A stretch of DNA of 64,000 bases from Myxococcales bacterium (lineage in GTDB: Bacteria; Myxococcota_A; Polyangia; Polyangiales; DASUME01): positions 1,248,001 to 1,312,000 of the forward strand of contig JASGJH010000001.1 of NCBI GenBank assembly GCA_047601445.1, written 5' to 3'. Within the stretch, counting starts at the first letter, position 1. Each line of letters starts with the position of its first letter. A program made the translations under genes and the position numbers. Positions 17,104 through 27,380 of this stretch are shown here, one piece after another. The notes beneath the pieces were generated by a model. The model saw nothing but the letters and a program-made list of their open reading frames with translations. It ran no database searches and was not told where the DNA came from.

Positions 17104-19476
17104 ATGCAAGGCCCCGAGATGGATCCCTACGAGACCGAACAAGACCCCTTTTCGCGCAAGCAGGCCCCGTTGACGGACCTGAGCCAGTTCGAAGAGCCGT
17201 TGCCCGATACGGGAAGTACGGACGACGAGACGATTCGCAGGATGAATCGGCGCACTTCTCCGGTGGGCCGCATCTTGGGCGTGGTCGTCGTGGCGGGCGC
17301 CCTGGGACTCGGATACTGGGCGTACGAGCAAAATGTCTCGTACGAGTCCCGCAATGTCGTGCTCGACGAAGCGGGCAAGCTCGAGGGCGAAGCGCGACTG
17401 GCTGCCCTACGCAACGCGTTCCAGACGTCCAAGCATGAAGACGTCCGCGAGCGTGCCCTGCTGAACCTCGGCTTCTTCAAGGACGACAAATCGGTGCCGC
17501 TGATGATCGAAGCCCTCGATCAAGAAGGCATCGTGCGCCGCGCAGCCGCACGCGCGCTTGCGTACATCGGCTCGCCCGCCGCGGATTCGGCCAAGCCCAA
17601 GCTGCTGCAGGTGCTGCCCCTCACTGACGCCCGCGACAAGGCCCAGGTGGTCTGGGCGCTCGCCGTGCTCAAGGAGCAGGCCGCGGTGCCGGACATCCTC
17701 GCCGAGTTCTCCGCGGGTCACCTGCAGAACCTCGAGAACCTCGACAAGTCTCCGAGCTTCGATCCCAAGGTCATCATCGACGTGGTGGGCCCCCAGAAGA
17801 TCGCGAGCAACGAGCTCCTGACCCACGCGGACAAGTCCGTGCGCACCTTGGTGGCTGCGGCACTGTCCGAGTCGGCCACGCCCGAAGCCGTGGACCCCTT
17901 GATCAAGCTGCTCAACGACTCGGATGGCGAGGTCGTGAAGGCCGCCGCCGCCGGTCTCGGCCGCGCTGGTGATCCACGCGGCGCAGGCCCGTTGTTCGCC
18001 TTGCTGCAGAAGACGCCCTCGATGCGCCAGAGCGTGCTCGATGCCATCGGCCGCTCCACCAGCGCCCCCGGTGTCGCCGCGCTGCTCGATCAGACCGACA
18101 GCCAAGACCTCAAGCGCTCGCTGCTCAGCATCCTGCGCGACAGCCACGATCCACGCGTGGCGAACACCTTCGCCAAGTACGTGGCCGACGCGGACACGGA
18201 CATCAAGGAGACCTCCTCCTTGGCCCTGGCCGAGCTCGGGGACGCGCGCGCCGTGCCCGCGCTGCTGGAGCTGGTGAAGGCCGAAGATCGCACCACCTCG
18301 CTCAACGCGCTCGACGCGCTGGCCCTGGTGGCCAAGCCCGAAGTGGCCGACGCCCTGATCCCCTTGCTCAAGGACAACCCCGGCAAGAAGGCCAGCATCA
18401 TGAAGGCCATCGGCAAGTCCGGCTCCAAGACGGCCGGCGCCGTCCTGGTCAAGGAAGTCGAGAGCGACGATCGTGAAGCGGCCTCGTTCGCGTTAGCCGA
18501 TCTCAAGTACGAGCCGGCCTACAAGATCCAGGTTGCCCTGCTCAAGCGCCCCAAGGACGTGGACTTCTCGAAGCCCAGCGTCCCCACCGAAGAGATCGTT
18601 CGCAATCGTGAGATCGCGATTCGCGCGCTCGGTCGCTATGGCGACCCGGCCGCGGTGCCGGCGCTGATGACGCTGATCGAGGACCAGGCCGACAGCGCCA
18701 AGCTGCGGGCGATCGCGGGTGCCGTGGCGGGGCAGCTGGCCGACGCCGAGGACCTGGCCACCATCATCGCCAAGGCCAAGAACAGCGCCCTCGATGAGGC
18801 CACGCGCACGTACTACGTGCAGGGCCTGTGGCAGGCCAAGGTTCAGTCGAGCAGTCAGCTCACCGAGCTCCTGCAGCCTTCCATCCCGGCCGAAGTGCGC
18901 CGCAGCGCCGCGCTCGCGCTCGGCTACACGGCCGACCCTGCCAACGACCAGCTCCTGTTCGACCTCTTGCGCAACCCCGAGGTCAAGCGCGAGGCGGCGT
19001 TCGCGGTGCTGCTCGGAGGCAACCAGGCGGCCGCCGAAGAACTTTATCGCCAGATTAACAGCGACCGCGAGCTGCGTGAAATCCTTCAGGATTTCTTGAT
19101 GGCCGACGACGTCGATTTCTTCAACATGATCACCGCTCAGCACTTCGAGAGCGGGGAGATCTTCCGTCGCCTCGAGGTCGCTCGTTCGCTCAAGAACGGC
19201 GCGGGCGAGATCACCTTCAGCTTCCCCTGGCAGCAGGTCATCGCTCGCCTCAAGGCGGGCTGGAACGGCCCTGGTGGGCTTGCCGCACGAGAAGTGCGCG
19301 CGAAGCTCTACGAGGCGCTGCGTGGGCCCGACGAGGCCCGACGCAAGCTGGTCGCCGAGACCCTCGGCGCGATGGGCGAGATGGGCCTCCTGCTCGCCTC
19401 GCGTGACGAGGCGGGTCCCGGTCAAGCCGAAGCTCGCGAGATCATCCTCAAGCAGAACCGCAGCAAGGCTCCCTGA
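17104..19476 (+). CDS. Membrane-anchored HEAT/PBS-lyase repeat protein
   Basis: One TM segment (ILGVVVVAGALGLGYWAY) then repeated VR..AA.AL / AV.PLI.LL.D units; GAGGA RBS before ATG 17104. Confidence 0.85.
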   Translation: MQGPEMDPYETEQDPFSRKQAPLTDLSQFEEPLPDTGSTDDETIRRMNRRTSPVGRILGVVVVAGALGLGYWAYEQNVSYESRNVVLDEAGKLEGEARLAALRNAFQTSKHEDVRERALLNLGFFKDDKSVPLMIEALDQEGIVRRAAARALAYIGSPAADSAKPKLLQVLPLTDARDKAQVVWALAVLKEQAAVPDILAEFSAGHLQNLENLDKSPSFDPKVIIDVVGPQKIASNELLTHADKSVRTLVAAALSESATPEAVDPLIKLLNDSDGEVVKAAAAGLGRAGDPRGAGPLFALLQKTPSMRQSVLDAIGRSTSAPGVAALLDQTDSQDLKRSLLSILRDSHDPRVANTFAKYVADADTDIKETSSLALAELGDARAVPALLELVKAEDRTTSLNALDALALVAKPEVADALIPLLKDNPGKKASIMKAIGKSGSKTAGAVLVKEVESDDREAASFALADLKYEPAYKIQVALLKRPKDVDFSKPSVPTEEIVRNREIAIRALGRYGDPAAVPALMTLIEDQADSAKLRAIAGAVAGQLADAEDLATIIAKAKNSALDEATRTYYVQGLWQAKVQSSSQLTELLQPSIPAEVRRSAALALGYTADPANDQLLFDLLRNPEVKREAAFAVLLGGNQAAAEELYRQINSDRELREILQDFLMADDVDFFNMITAQHFESGEIFRRLEVARSLKNGAGEITFSFPWQQVIARLKAGWNGPGGLAAREVRAKLYEALRGPDEARRKLVAETLGAMGEMGLLLASRDEAGPGQAEAREIILKQNRSKAP

Positions 19477-19504
19477 GCTTCTCTGCAGTTCGGTCACTGC
19501 GCAG

Positions 19505-19529
19505 ACGGCGCGCCCTGGTGGCGCGCCGT
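19505..19529 (+). terminator. Hairpin downstream of the HEAT-repeat gene
   Basis: acggcgcgcc-ctggt-ggcgcgccgt: perfect 10-bp stem, weak U tract. Confidence 0.5.
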
Positions 19530-19677
19530 TCGCGCTTAATGCGCACCGTCTACGACGGCCCAACCGAGAGCTCGCTTACGCGATTCGGGGCTGGGCAACT
19601 CTCCTTGTCGAGCCCGCAACTTCCCAACTGGAAACTGCGCGAGCGGTCTGGATAAAATCCCAGATCGGGGGCGGGGA

Positions 19678-20031
19678 ATGGACATCGTCAAAGCGATCGC
19701 AGACAGACGTACGGAACTCATCGACATCATGGTGGCGACTGCAGACCGCAGTCTGCCGACACCAGAGTCAGAGGTAAGGCAGTTCATGGTGGGCTTCGTC
19801 ACGCTCCTCGAGGCCGCCGCCGCCGGCAACATGAACCCGCGCGACGAGTATCTGGAGACGGTGATCCCCGCCGTGCGGGACGGTGGAATCAGTCTGGCTT
19901 ACGTGATGTCTGCCATGCCTCGCCTGGCTGTCGCGCTGGGCACGGTGCTGGGACGTGAGCACGCCCCGTGGATCGCAAACTTTCTGGGCGAGTACACCAC
20001 GCACATGCTGACCGTCTGGGAGCGACGATGA
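19678..20031 (+). CDS. Small all-helical hypothetical protein, possibly RsbR/RsbRD N-terminal (non-heme globin)-like
   Basis: 117-aa amphipathic helical ORF with G-rich RBS; fold call is by resemblance only. Confidence 0.6.
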   Translation: MDIVKAIADRRTELIDIMVATADRSLPTPESEVRQFMVGFVTLLEAAAAGNMNPRDEYLETVIPAVRDGGISLAYVMSAMPRLAVALGTVLGREHAPWIANFLGEYTTHMLTVWERR

Positions 20032-20255
20032 GCGCCCTCTTCAACCGCCTGGTTGAGATCAGTGGCCTCTCGTCGTTGTTCGCTCGCGCCGCCCTCGAGC
20101 GCGCCTGTACGCGTGCTGGGGTCCAGCCGACCTCGTTGACACGCGAAGGGCTGCGCACCGCGCTGCCCGAGATCGAGCGCACCATCCAGACCTACCTCGA
20201 CCGCCAGACCACCGACGCCATGGCGCGTATCCGCGACCTCGCCGGCGAGCGCTGA
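20028..20255 (+). CDS. Small hypothetical protein (75 aa)
   Basis: ATG 20028 overlaps the upstream stop (ATGA); MSALFNRLVEISGLSSLFARAALERAC..., GC3-rich codons. Confidence 0.7.
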   Translation: MSALFNRLVEISGLSSLFARAALERACTRAGVQPTSLTREGLRTALPEIERTIQTYLDRQTTDAMARIRDLAGER

Positions 20256-20269
20256 CAGCGTCCGCTGGG

Positions 20270-21514
20270 TCAGAGCGAGGCCAGAGCCTGCTCGACGTCG
20301 TTGAGCAGATCGGCCGTGTCCTCGATGCCCACCGCGTAGCGCACCAGGCAGTCCTTGATGCCTACGGCCTCGCGCTCCTCCGTGGACAACTCGAAGTAGC
20401 TCATCAAGGCAGGCTGCTCTACGAGGGACTCCACGCCGCCCAGGCTCGGGCCGATGCGCGGGATCTTCAGGCTATCGACGAACTTGCCGCAGGTCGCCAG
20501 GTCCGTGTCGAGCTCGAACGTCACCACGCCCCCGAAGCCCGTCATCATGCGCTTGGCCACGGCGTGCTGCGGGTGGGATTCGAGTCCCGGATACCAGACG
20601 CGCTTCACCTTGGGGTGCTTTTCCAGCAGCTCCGCCAGCGCCTGGGCGTTCTTGTTCTGTTGGGCCACGCGCAGCCCCAGCGTCTTGATGCCACGCGACA
20701 CCAGATAGGCCGCGTGAGGATCGAGCACCGCGCCGAACACATGGCGCAGCTCACGGACCAGGCCGATCAACCCAGCGTTGCCGCTGACCACACCGGCCAG
20801 CACGTCGTTGTGCCCCGACAGGTATTTGGTCGCGCTGTGCACCACCAAGTCGATGCCGTGCTCCGCCGGGCGCAGGTTGATGGGCGTGGCGAAGGTGGAG
20901 TCGATCAGCGTCTTGGCCTTGGACTTCTTCACGATGCTGCTCAGCCGGTCGAGGTCGAGACAGGTCAAGTAGGGATTGGTCGGCATCTCACTGATCACGA
21001 GCCGCGTCTTGTCCGTGATCACGCGCTCCAGGGCCGCCAGGTCGCCCGGCGGCACCAGGCTGTGGGTCACGCCGAACTTCGAAAGAAAGCCCGTCACGAA
21101 CTGGCGTGTGCGTCGGTAACAGTCCGCAAACAACACCACGTGAGAGTCGGCCTTCACGAGCGCCAGGATGCTCGAGGTCACGGCCGCCATGCCGCTCGAG
21201 AAGGCCACCGCGTCCTCGACACCTTCGAGGGAAGCGACCTTCTGCTCCATGCCGCGGACCGAGGGGTTGCCGTAGCGCCCGTACTCCTCGCGCTCGAACT
21301 CCCCCGACATGTACCGGACCAGCTCGGCCGTATCGGCGAACGTATACGTCGCCGTCTGCGCGATAGGTGGGGTCAGTGCGTCGTACGGATGGACGCGTGG
21401 CTCACCACCGTGAACTGCGCGTGTCAGCAAGGAGTCGAACTTCTTATCCACGGGCGGCTTTCTAGCACGGGCCCAGGCCTCAGGCGTCCCAGGGGGGCGA
21501 CTAGACTGGACCAC
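20270..21514 (-). CDS. metB: Cystathionine gamma-synthase / trans-sulfuration PLP enzyme
   Basis: YGRYGNP, FSSGMAA, EMPTNP, DSTFATP, HSATKYLSGH, SLGGVESL; exact substrate specificity not determinable. Confidence 0.8.
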   Translation of the reverse strand: MVQSSRPPGTPEAWARARKPPVDKKFDSLLTRAVHGGEPRVHPYDALTPPIAQTATYTFADTAELVRYMSGEFEREEYGRYGNPSVRGMEQKVASLEGVEDAVAFSSGMAAVTSSILALVKADSHVVLFADCYRRTRQFVTGFLSKFGVTHSLVPPGDLAALERVITDKTRLVISEMPTNPYLTCLDLDRLSSIVKKSKAKTLIDSTFATPINLRPAEHGIDLVVHSATKYLSGHNDVLAGVVSGNAGLIGLVRELRHVFGAVLDPHAAYLVSRGIKTLGLRVAQQNKNAQALAELLEKHPKVKRVWYPGLESHPQHAVAKRMMTGFGGVVTFELDTDLATCGKFVDSLKIPRIGPSLGGVESLVEQPALMSYFELSTEEREAVGIKDCLVRYAVGIEDTADLLNDVEQALASL

Positions 21515-21575
21515 GAGCCCTGCGCGTGGCCTCCTGGCGCCCCGTGGGGCCTTGGGAAGCCTGCGACGACTGCCT

Positions 21576-22160
21576 TCAGTGCTTGTGCTCGCGGTCGAGG
21601 CCGGGATGCGAAGGATCGCCCGGCTCGTGACGCGGGTTGGCCGTGAGGAACGTCCCGTCTTGACCCGGCAGGGACATCAACATCTCCTTGTCGAAGATGA
21701 AGTGCTCACGCTGGGTGCTCGCCGGCATGTGCACGCCCGTGTCCATGCGGATCGCGTCGCACGGGCAGGCCTCCACGCAGAAGCCGCAGAAGATGCAGCG
21801 CAGTTCGTCGATGACGAACACCTTGGGGAAGCGCTCGTAGCCGTAGCCGGGATCGCCGGGCTGATACTCGCCCGCCTCGATGTGGATGCACTGAGCGGGA
21901 CACGCCGTGCTGCAGCACAGGCAGGCCACGCAGCGCGGAGAGCCGTCGGCACGGTGAGTGAGGCGATGGACCCCGCGGAAGCGCTCGGGATACACGCGCT
22001 TCTCCTCGGGATACATGATGGTGACGATGTCCGTGTTCTCGCGCTTCGAGAAGGTGTTCTTGAAGAAGTGCGCCATCGTCACGCCGAGACCCTTGAAGAT
22101 CTCGGGGATGTAGGCCTGTTCCGCGAACGTGCGGCCGGGCTTGTTGACTGGCTTACCCAT
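21576..22160 (-). CDS. nuoI: NADH-quinone oxidoreductase subunit I
   Basis: YPEE, RFRG, two CxxCxxCxxxCP ferredoxin motifs. Confidence 0.95.
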   Translation of the reverse strand: MGKPVNKPGRTFAEQAYIPEIFKGLGVTMAHFFKNTFSKRENTDIVTIMYPEEKRVYPERFRGVHRLTHRADGSPRCVACLCCSTACPAQCIHIEAGEYQPGDPGYGYERFPKVFVIDELRCIFCGFCVEACPCDAIRMDTGVHMPASTQREHFIFDKEMLMSLPGQDGTFLTANPRHEPGDPSHPGLDREHKH

Positions 22161-23331
22161 TGAACCGCTCCTGGAGGCCGAGAATGATGAAACCGGTAAT
22201 CGCGATGTTGAGCAGCGAAAGCGGCAGCAGCAGCTTCCAGCACAACTGCATGATCTGGTCGTAGCGGAAGCGCGGCAGAGACCAGCGAATCATCAGCTGC
22301 AGCCAGATCAAGACCACGAGCTTGAGGATGAACACCAAAACCTGGATCCCGATCACGGCCACGTGCGGCACCGGAATCACGGCGTTGCTGAGGTAGCTCC
22401 AGAGGCTGAAATCGAAGCCGTAGTCCTGCAGGAACGGCACGTCGTAGCCGCCCAGGAACAGCACTGCGATCAAGGCCGAGCTGGTGATGACTTCCACGAA
22501 CTCGCCCATGAAGAACATGCCGAACTTCATGCCCGAGTACTCGGTGAAGTAGCCGGCCGCGAGCTCGCTCTCGCCCTCGGGAACGTCGAAGGGAATGCGC
22601 TTGGTCTCTGCGATGGCTGCCGTGAAGAACAAGAAGAAGGCCAACGGCTGCACGAAGATGCCCCACAGGTGCAGGCCCTTGATGCCGAACAGCGAGTGGC
22701 TGCGCTGCCAGTCGATCATGTCCGACAGCTGAAGCGTGTCGTAGACCATAAAGCAGCCGACTAGCGCGAGGCCCAGGGTCACCTCGTAGCTCACCATCTG
22801 GCCCGCGGCGCGCACGCCGCCGAGCAGGGCGTACTTGCTATCCGAAGAGTAGCCGGCGATGGCAGCACCCACGACTCCGGTGCCCGCGATGGCGAACACG
22901 TAGAGGATGCCCACGTTCACGTTGGCGATCTGAAGGTTGATCGAGCGGCCATCGAACATGGAACCGGGCTCGAGCACCGACGTCAGGTGGTCCAGGTAGA
23001 GCGTGCCGCCGAACGGGATCACCGCGAACACGCTGATGGCGGGCACCAGGGCGATGATGGGCGCCAGCGAGTGGAGCAGCTTGTCGGCCTTCGGCGGGAT
23101 GAAGTCCTCTTTCCAGACGAACTTCAGCGCGTCAGCCAGCGGATGCAGCAGGCCCAAGAGCGTGATGTTCTTGCCGAACAGCGTCACGCCGGCACGATGA
23201 GGACCGACGCGGTCCTGGATCATCGCGCTCTGTCGACGCTCGGCCCAAATCAGCACCGGGGCGAAGGTCAGGATGATGATCAACACGAACACGATCTTGA
23301 GGATCGCGGCAATCCAAGCGACGGCGTCCAT
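22153..23331 (-). CDS. nuoH: NADH-quinone oxidoreductase subunit H
   Basis: QDRVGP, ADALK, QMVSYE, AETKRIPFDVPEGESEL, EYSG, PRFRYDQ. Confidence 0.96.
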   Translation of the reverse strand: MDAVAWIAAILKIVFVLIIILTFAPVLIWAERRQSAMIQDRVGPHRAGVTLFGKNITLLGLLHPLADALKFVWKEDFIPPKADKLLHSLAPIIALVPAISVFAVIPFGGTLYLDHLTSVLEPGSMFDGRSINLQIANVNVGILYVFAIAGTGVVGAAIAGYSSDSKYALLGGVRAAGQMVSYEVTLGLALVGCFMVYDTLQLSDMIDWQRSHSLFGIKGLHLWGIFVQPLAFFLFFTAAIAETKRIPFDVPEGESELAAGYFTEYSGMKFGMFFMGEFVEVITSSALIAVLFLGGYDVPFLQDYGFDFSLWSYLSNAVIPVPHVAVIGIQVLVFILKLVVLIWLQLMIRWSLPRFRYDQIMQLCWKLLLPLSLLNIAITGFIILGLQERFNG

Positions 23332-24911
23332 CAGACCTGCGCCTCCTGCGCACGCACCGCGGGCAGCGCTGCGCGAACCTCACTGAGCGACGAGAGCCGG
23401 ATATCCCGGTCCAGCTCCTTGGCGAGCGCCGCCACGGCCTCCCAGGCCGGCTTCACTCCATCGGGGGGGAACACCGCGCGCTTGAACTGCTGCGCGACGC
23501 CCTTCCCGTTCACGAAGGTGCCGGCCGTCTCGGCGTGCACCGCCACGGGGATCACCACCTGCGCCACGCTCGGCAGCGCGCCCTCGTTGCTGGTCAGCGA
23601 GACCATGGCCTTGAGCGCGGCCAGCGGCGCGAGTTCCTCGGGGGTCTCGGCGCTTGCCCAGCCGAGCGCGATGACGCCCTCGACGCTGCCCGCAGCCACA
23701 TCCGACAGCAGTGCCTTGAGGTCCGGAAGGACCGCACCCGCCACCAGGTTCGCGCCGGCGCGGTTGGGATTGTTGTCGCTGCTGCGCAGGATCTTGTCGC
23801 CCTCCCAGCCGCCCAGGGCTGCCAGGTAGAGCTTCTGTGCGCCCAGTTCGCGGGCCAGCTTCACCAACGCGAGATTGTCCTCGTTGGAGTGCTGCGCGCT
23901 CAGGACCACGCCGAGCTTCTCGGCGGAGACACGCTTGAGCAGCTTCGCGGCCGCGGCGCGCGCATCGGATACTTCGCTCGGCACCTGGACCCCAGCGCCC
24001 GTGCGCACGCGCCCGAAGGTCACGCGATTCTGCACGAAGCGGTGGTAGCTCATCATGCCGTCGTCGCACATCCAGTACTGGTTCACGCCCGGATTGTCGC
24101 GCGGACGCAGGCGCTGGACCTGGTTGGAACGCGGGTCGTAGTCGACCGACATATTGCAGCCCGTGGCGCAGCCGCCGCACACACTGGGCTGGCTCTTGAG
24201 GAACCAAACCCGTGCCTTGAAGCGGAAATCGCGACTGGTCAGCGCGCCCACCGGGCACACGTGCTCGGTCATCAACGTGTACTTATGGTCGAGCTGGCGC
24301 CCGGGCGAGAGCGTGATCTCGTTCTTGTTGCCGCGCTCGCGCATGTCGAGCACGTGGTCGCCCACCACCTCGTCGCAGAAGCGGATGCAGCGCGTGCACA
24401 TCACGCAGCGCTCGCCGTCGTACACGATGGTGTCGCCGAAGCGCTCGCCCTTCACCTTGTGAACGGGCTCGGTGTCCTTGCGCTTGGGCGTGGCCTGGTG
24501 CTCTTCGTAGTAGTCCTGAAGCTTGCACTCACCGGCCTGGTCGCAGATGGGGCAATCCACCGGGTGGTTCAGGAGCAGGAACTCCTGGACCGCGCCCTGG
24601 GCCTTCTTGACCTCGGTCGACTGGGCGAAGACTTCTTGATTCTCAACCGCGGGCATCTGACAGGCGGGCTGCAGCTTGGGCTTGTTGGCAGGTACGTACT
24701 CCTGCTTGGCCTCGTCCCACTGCACGATCGGCATCATCATCGGCCGGTCGCTCTTGACCTCCACCAGACACATGCGGCAGTTGGCCGCGACGCTCAGTCC
24801 GGGATGCCAGCAGTAATGGGGAATCTCAATGCCCTGACGCCAGGCAGCACGGATGATGGTGTCGCCAGGCTCGAACGGAATCTCTTTGCCATCCAACTTG
24901 AAGCTGGGCAT
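23331..24911 (-). CDS. nuoG: NADH-quinone oxidoreductase subunit G (short, 526 aa)
   Basis: IPHYCWHPGLSVAANCRMC, HPVDCPICDQAGEC, CVMCTRC, CGGCATGC...WMCD Fe-S motifs. Confidence 0.92.
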   Translation of the reverse strand: MPSFKLDGKEIPFEPGDTIIRAAWRQGIEIPHYCWHPGLSVAANCRMCLVEVKSDRPMMMPIVQWDEAKQEYVPANKPKLQPACQMPAVENQEVFAQSTEVKKAQGAVQEFLLLNHPVDCPICDQAGECKLQDYYEEHQATPKRKDTEPVHKVKGERFGDTIVYDGERCVMCTRCIRFCDEVVGDHVLDMRERGNKNEITLSPGRQLDHKYTLMTEHVCPVGALTSRDFRFKARVWFLKSQPSVCGGCATGCNMSVDYDPRSNQVQRLRPRDNPGVNQYWMCDDGMMSYHRFVQNRVTFGRVRTGAGVQVPSEVSDARAAAAKLLKRVSAEKLGVVLSAQHSNEDNLALVKLARELGAQKLYLAALGGWEGDKILRSSDNNPNRAGANLVAGAVLPDLKALLSDVAAGSVEGVIALGWASAETPEELAPLAALKAMVSLTSNEGALPSVAQVVIPVAVHAETAGTFVNGKGVAQQFKRAVFPPDGVKPAWEAVAALAKELDRDIRLSSLSEVRAALPAVRAQEAQV

Positions 24912-24952
24912 CTCAAAACCTCAGTCGAAGCGCGCGACGCGCGCGAGCTTGT

Positions 24953-26170
24953 CTAGCGGTCGCACTCGCCGCCGATCATGTTCACGGAACCGAATGTGGG
25001 GATGATGTCGGCGATCATGCCGCCGCGGATCATCTCGTGGGCTGCGTTCAGGTTGTACCAACAGGGCGGGCGGCAACGCACCCGGTAGGGCGTCCCGCTG
25101 CCGTCGGACACGATGAAGAAGCCGAGTTCGCCGTTGCCAGCCTCGCTGAAGCTGTAGACCTCGCCGGCAGGCACCTTGATGCCCTCCATCACCAACTTGA
25201 AATGGGCGATGGTGCCTTCGATGGTGCTGTACACCGCGGGCTTCTCGGGCAGCACGACGCGCACGTCGTCGACGCTGACGGGGCCGTCGGTGGGCATCTG
25301 CTTCAGCGCCTGCTTGATGATGCGCAGGGACTGACGCATCTCCTCCATGCGACACAGGAAGCGGTCGTAGTTGTCGCCGTCGTGGCCCACCGGGACCTCG
25401 AAATCCAGGCGATCGTACACGCTGTAAGGGTTGGCCTTGCGCACGTCGTAGTCCACGCCGGTGGAGCGCAGCATCACGCCCGTCACGCCGAGCTCGATGG
25501 CGCGGGCCTGGGTGAGGATGCCGACCTTCTCCATGCGGTCGAGGAAGATGCGGTTGCGCAGCACCGTCTTCTCACATTCGACGAGCTGAGCCTCGAACTT
25601 GGGGATCAACTCGAGGATGTTCTTCTCGAGGTTGGCCGTGGGGGGCTTCGCCATGCCGCCGATGCGGGCGAAGCTGTGGGTCATGCGCGCGCCGGTCTCC
25701 TCTTCGAGGATGTCCCAGATGAAGTCGCGCAACTTGAGCATCCACAGGAAGGGCGTGAAGGCCCCGAGCTCCATCGCGCTCGCGCCGTTGCAGGTGAGGT
25801 GGTCGCAGATACGCGCCAGCTCGCCCAAGATCACGCGGTAGTACTCGCCACGCTCGGGCACCTTGATGCCGAGCAGCTTCTCGACCGCCCACGCGAATCC
25901 GTTGTTGTTCAACATCGGCGAGACGTAGTTGAGACGGTCTGCGTAGGGGAACACCTGCTGCCAGGTGCCGCGCTCGCAGCTCTTCTCGAAGCCGCGATGC
26001 AAGTAGCCCGGCTGAATGTCGAGGTTCTGAATGGTCTCGCCGTCCAGATCGAGCACCATTCGGATGGTGCCGTGCATGGCCGGATGAGACGGGCCCATGT
26101 TGAGCCGCATCGGCTCGCTGGGCAGTTCGAGGGCGCCCTCTTCGGAGAGCTCGTCTTCGATGGGTTCCAC
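24953..26170 (-). CDS. nuoD: NADH-quinone oxidoreductase subunit D
   Basis: NMGPSHPAMHG, GYLHRGFEK, DRLNY, terminal GECDR. Confidence 0.96.
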   Translation of the reverse strand: MEPIEDELSEEGALELPSEPMRLNMGPSHPAMHGTIRMVLDLDGETIQNLDIQPGYLHRGFEKSCERGTWQQVFPYADRLNYVSPMLNNNGFAWAVEKLLGIKVPERGEYYRVILGELARICDHLTCNGASAMELGAFTPFLWMLKLRDFIWDILEEETGARMTHSFARIGGMAKPPTANLEKNILELIPKFEAQLVECEKTVLRNRIFLDRMEKVGILTQARAIELGVTGVMLRSTGVDYDVRKANPYSVYDRLDFEVPVGHDGDNYDRFLCRMEEMRQSLRIIKQALKQMPTDGPVSVDDVRVVLPEKPAVYSTIEGTIAHFKLVMEGIKVPAGEVYSFSEAGNGELGFFIVSDGSGTPYRVRCRPPCWYNLNAAHEMIRGGMIADIIPTFGSVNMIGGECDR

Positions 26171-26172
26171 CG

Positions 26173-26841
26173 TTACTCCTCCGTGCCCGAGGCAGACTCA
26201 CCTGCGCTCGACTGGCTCAGAGATTGACGTTGTCCGGTCTGCACCGCGATGGCGGGCGACACTTGTTGATCGCGCCCGTGAAGGCGCTCCTGCCACTGAA
26301 TGCGCCCGAAGGGCTGCCCTTCGTCGGCACCGAACGGCGGCAGCTTGGCCACGTGGGCCGTGGTGTCGCGGTACGGGATCAGGGGTTGGGTCTTCTCGAT
26401 GGGATAATCCTTGCGCAGCGGATAGCCCTCGAATTCCTCGTAAAGGAGGATGCGGCGCAGATCCGGGTGGCCCTCGAAGCGGATCCCGAACATGTCGAAG
26501 ATCTCACGCTCGCCCCAGTCGGTTCCCGCCCACACGCCGAACAGACTCGGCACGGCCTTGCCGTCTTCCACGCGCGTCTTGAGGCGCACGCGCTGTCCGG
26601 TGCTCAGGGAGCGCACGCACAGCACGATGTCGAAGCGCGGCTCCTCGGGCTCTCGCTCCGGGTAGTCCACGGCCGTCATGTCCGTGAACTGATTCATGCC
26701 GCACTCGTTCTTGAGGAACTTGGCAACCTCGAGCCACGAGTCCACACCCACGCGCGCCACGTCGTCGCCACGAAAGTCGGAGGTCTCGAGGATGCGCTCG
26801 CCGAACTGGGCCGCGAGGCGCTCGATCACGAGCTTGCTCAT
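26173..26841 (-). CDS. nuoC: NADH-quinone oxidoreductase subunit C
   Basis: TAVDY, EREIFDMFGIRFEGHPDLRRIL, YPLRKDYP. Confidence 0.96.
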   Translation of the reverse strand: MSKLVIERLAAQFGERILETSDFRGDDVARVGVDSWLEVAKFLKNECGMNQFTDMTAVDYPEREPEEPRFDIVLCVRSLSTGQRVRLKTRVEDGKAVPSLFGVWAGTDWGEREIFDMFGIRFEGHPDLRRILLYEEFEGYPLRKDYPIEKTQPLIPYRDTTAHVAKLPPFGADEGQPFGRIQWQERLHGRDQQVSPAIAVQTGQRQSLSQSSAGESASGTEE

Positions 26842-27380
26842 GCGGTCTCCTTCTTCCGCAGCTGCGTGAGGCCAGGCAACTCGCGTGGCGGCACCGTCGC
26901 CGGCTCGCGGTTGCCGTTGGAGATCTTCTCCTGCAACAGCATCAGGCCGTCGAACACGGCCTCCGGACGGGGCGGACAGCCAGGGATGTAGATGTCGACC
27001 GGCACGAGCTTATCGACGCCGGGCACCGTGGTGTAGTTGTCGTAGAAGCCGCCGCACGACGCGCAGGTGCCGAAAGCGATGACCCACTTGGGATCGGCCA
27101 TCTGGTCGTAGATGCGCTTGAGTACCGGTGCCTGACGCTGGCTGATGGTGCCCACCACCCAGAGCAGGTCCGCCTGACGCGGGCTGAAGCGCGGCGCTTC
27201 TGCGCCGAAGCGGGCGATATCGTAGCGCGACGATGCGACCGAAAAGAACTCCATGCCGCAGCATGCAGTCGCGAAAGGATACTGAAAGAGCGAGTACTTA
27301 CGTGCCCAAGCGAGCAGCGCGTCGAAGCGCGTGGTCGCAAAGCCAGACTCGCCCGTTTGAAGGACCTTCATTTCTCCCAT
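26838..27380 (-). CDS. nuoB: NADH-quinone oxidoreductase subunit B
   Basis: TACCGME, SPRQAD, GTCASCGG, PGCPPRPE; start at ATG 27380 or 27371 (overlaps nuoA stop), not 27827. Confidence 0.96.
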   Translation of the reverse strand: MGEMKVLQTGESGFATTRFDALLAWARKYSLFQYPFATACCGMEFFSVASSRYDIARFGAEAPRFSPRQADLLWVVGTISQRQAPVLKRIYDQMADPKWVIAFGTCASCGGFYDNYTTVPGVDKLVPVDIYIPGCPPRPEAVFDGLMLLQEKISNGNREPATVPPRELPGLTQLRKKETA

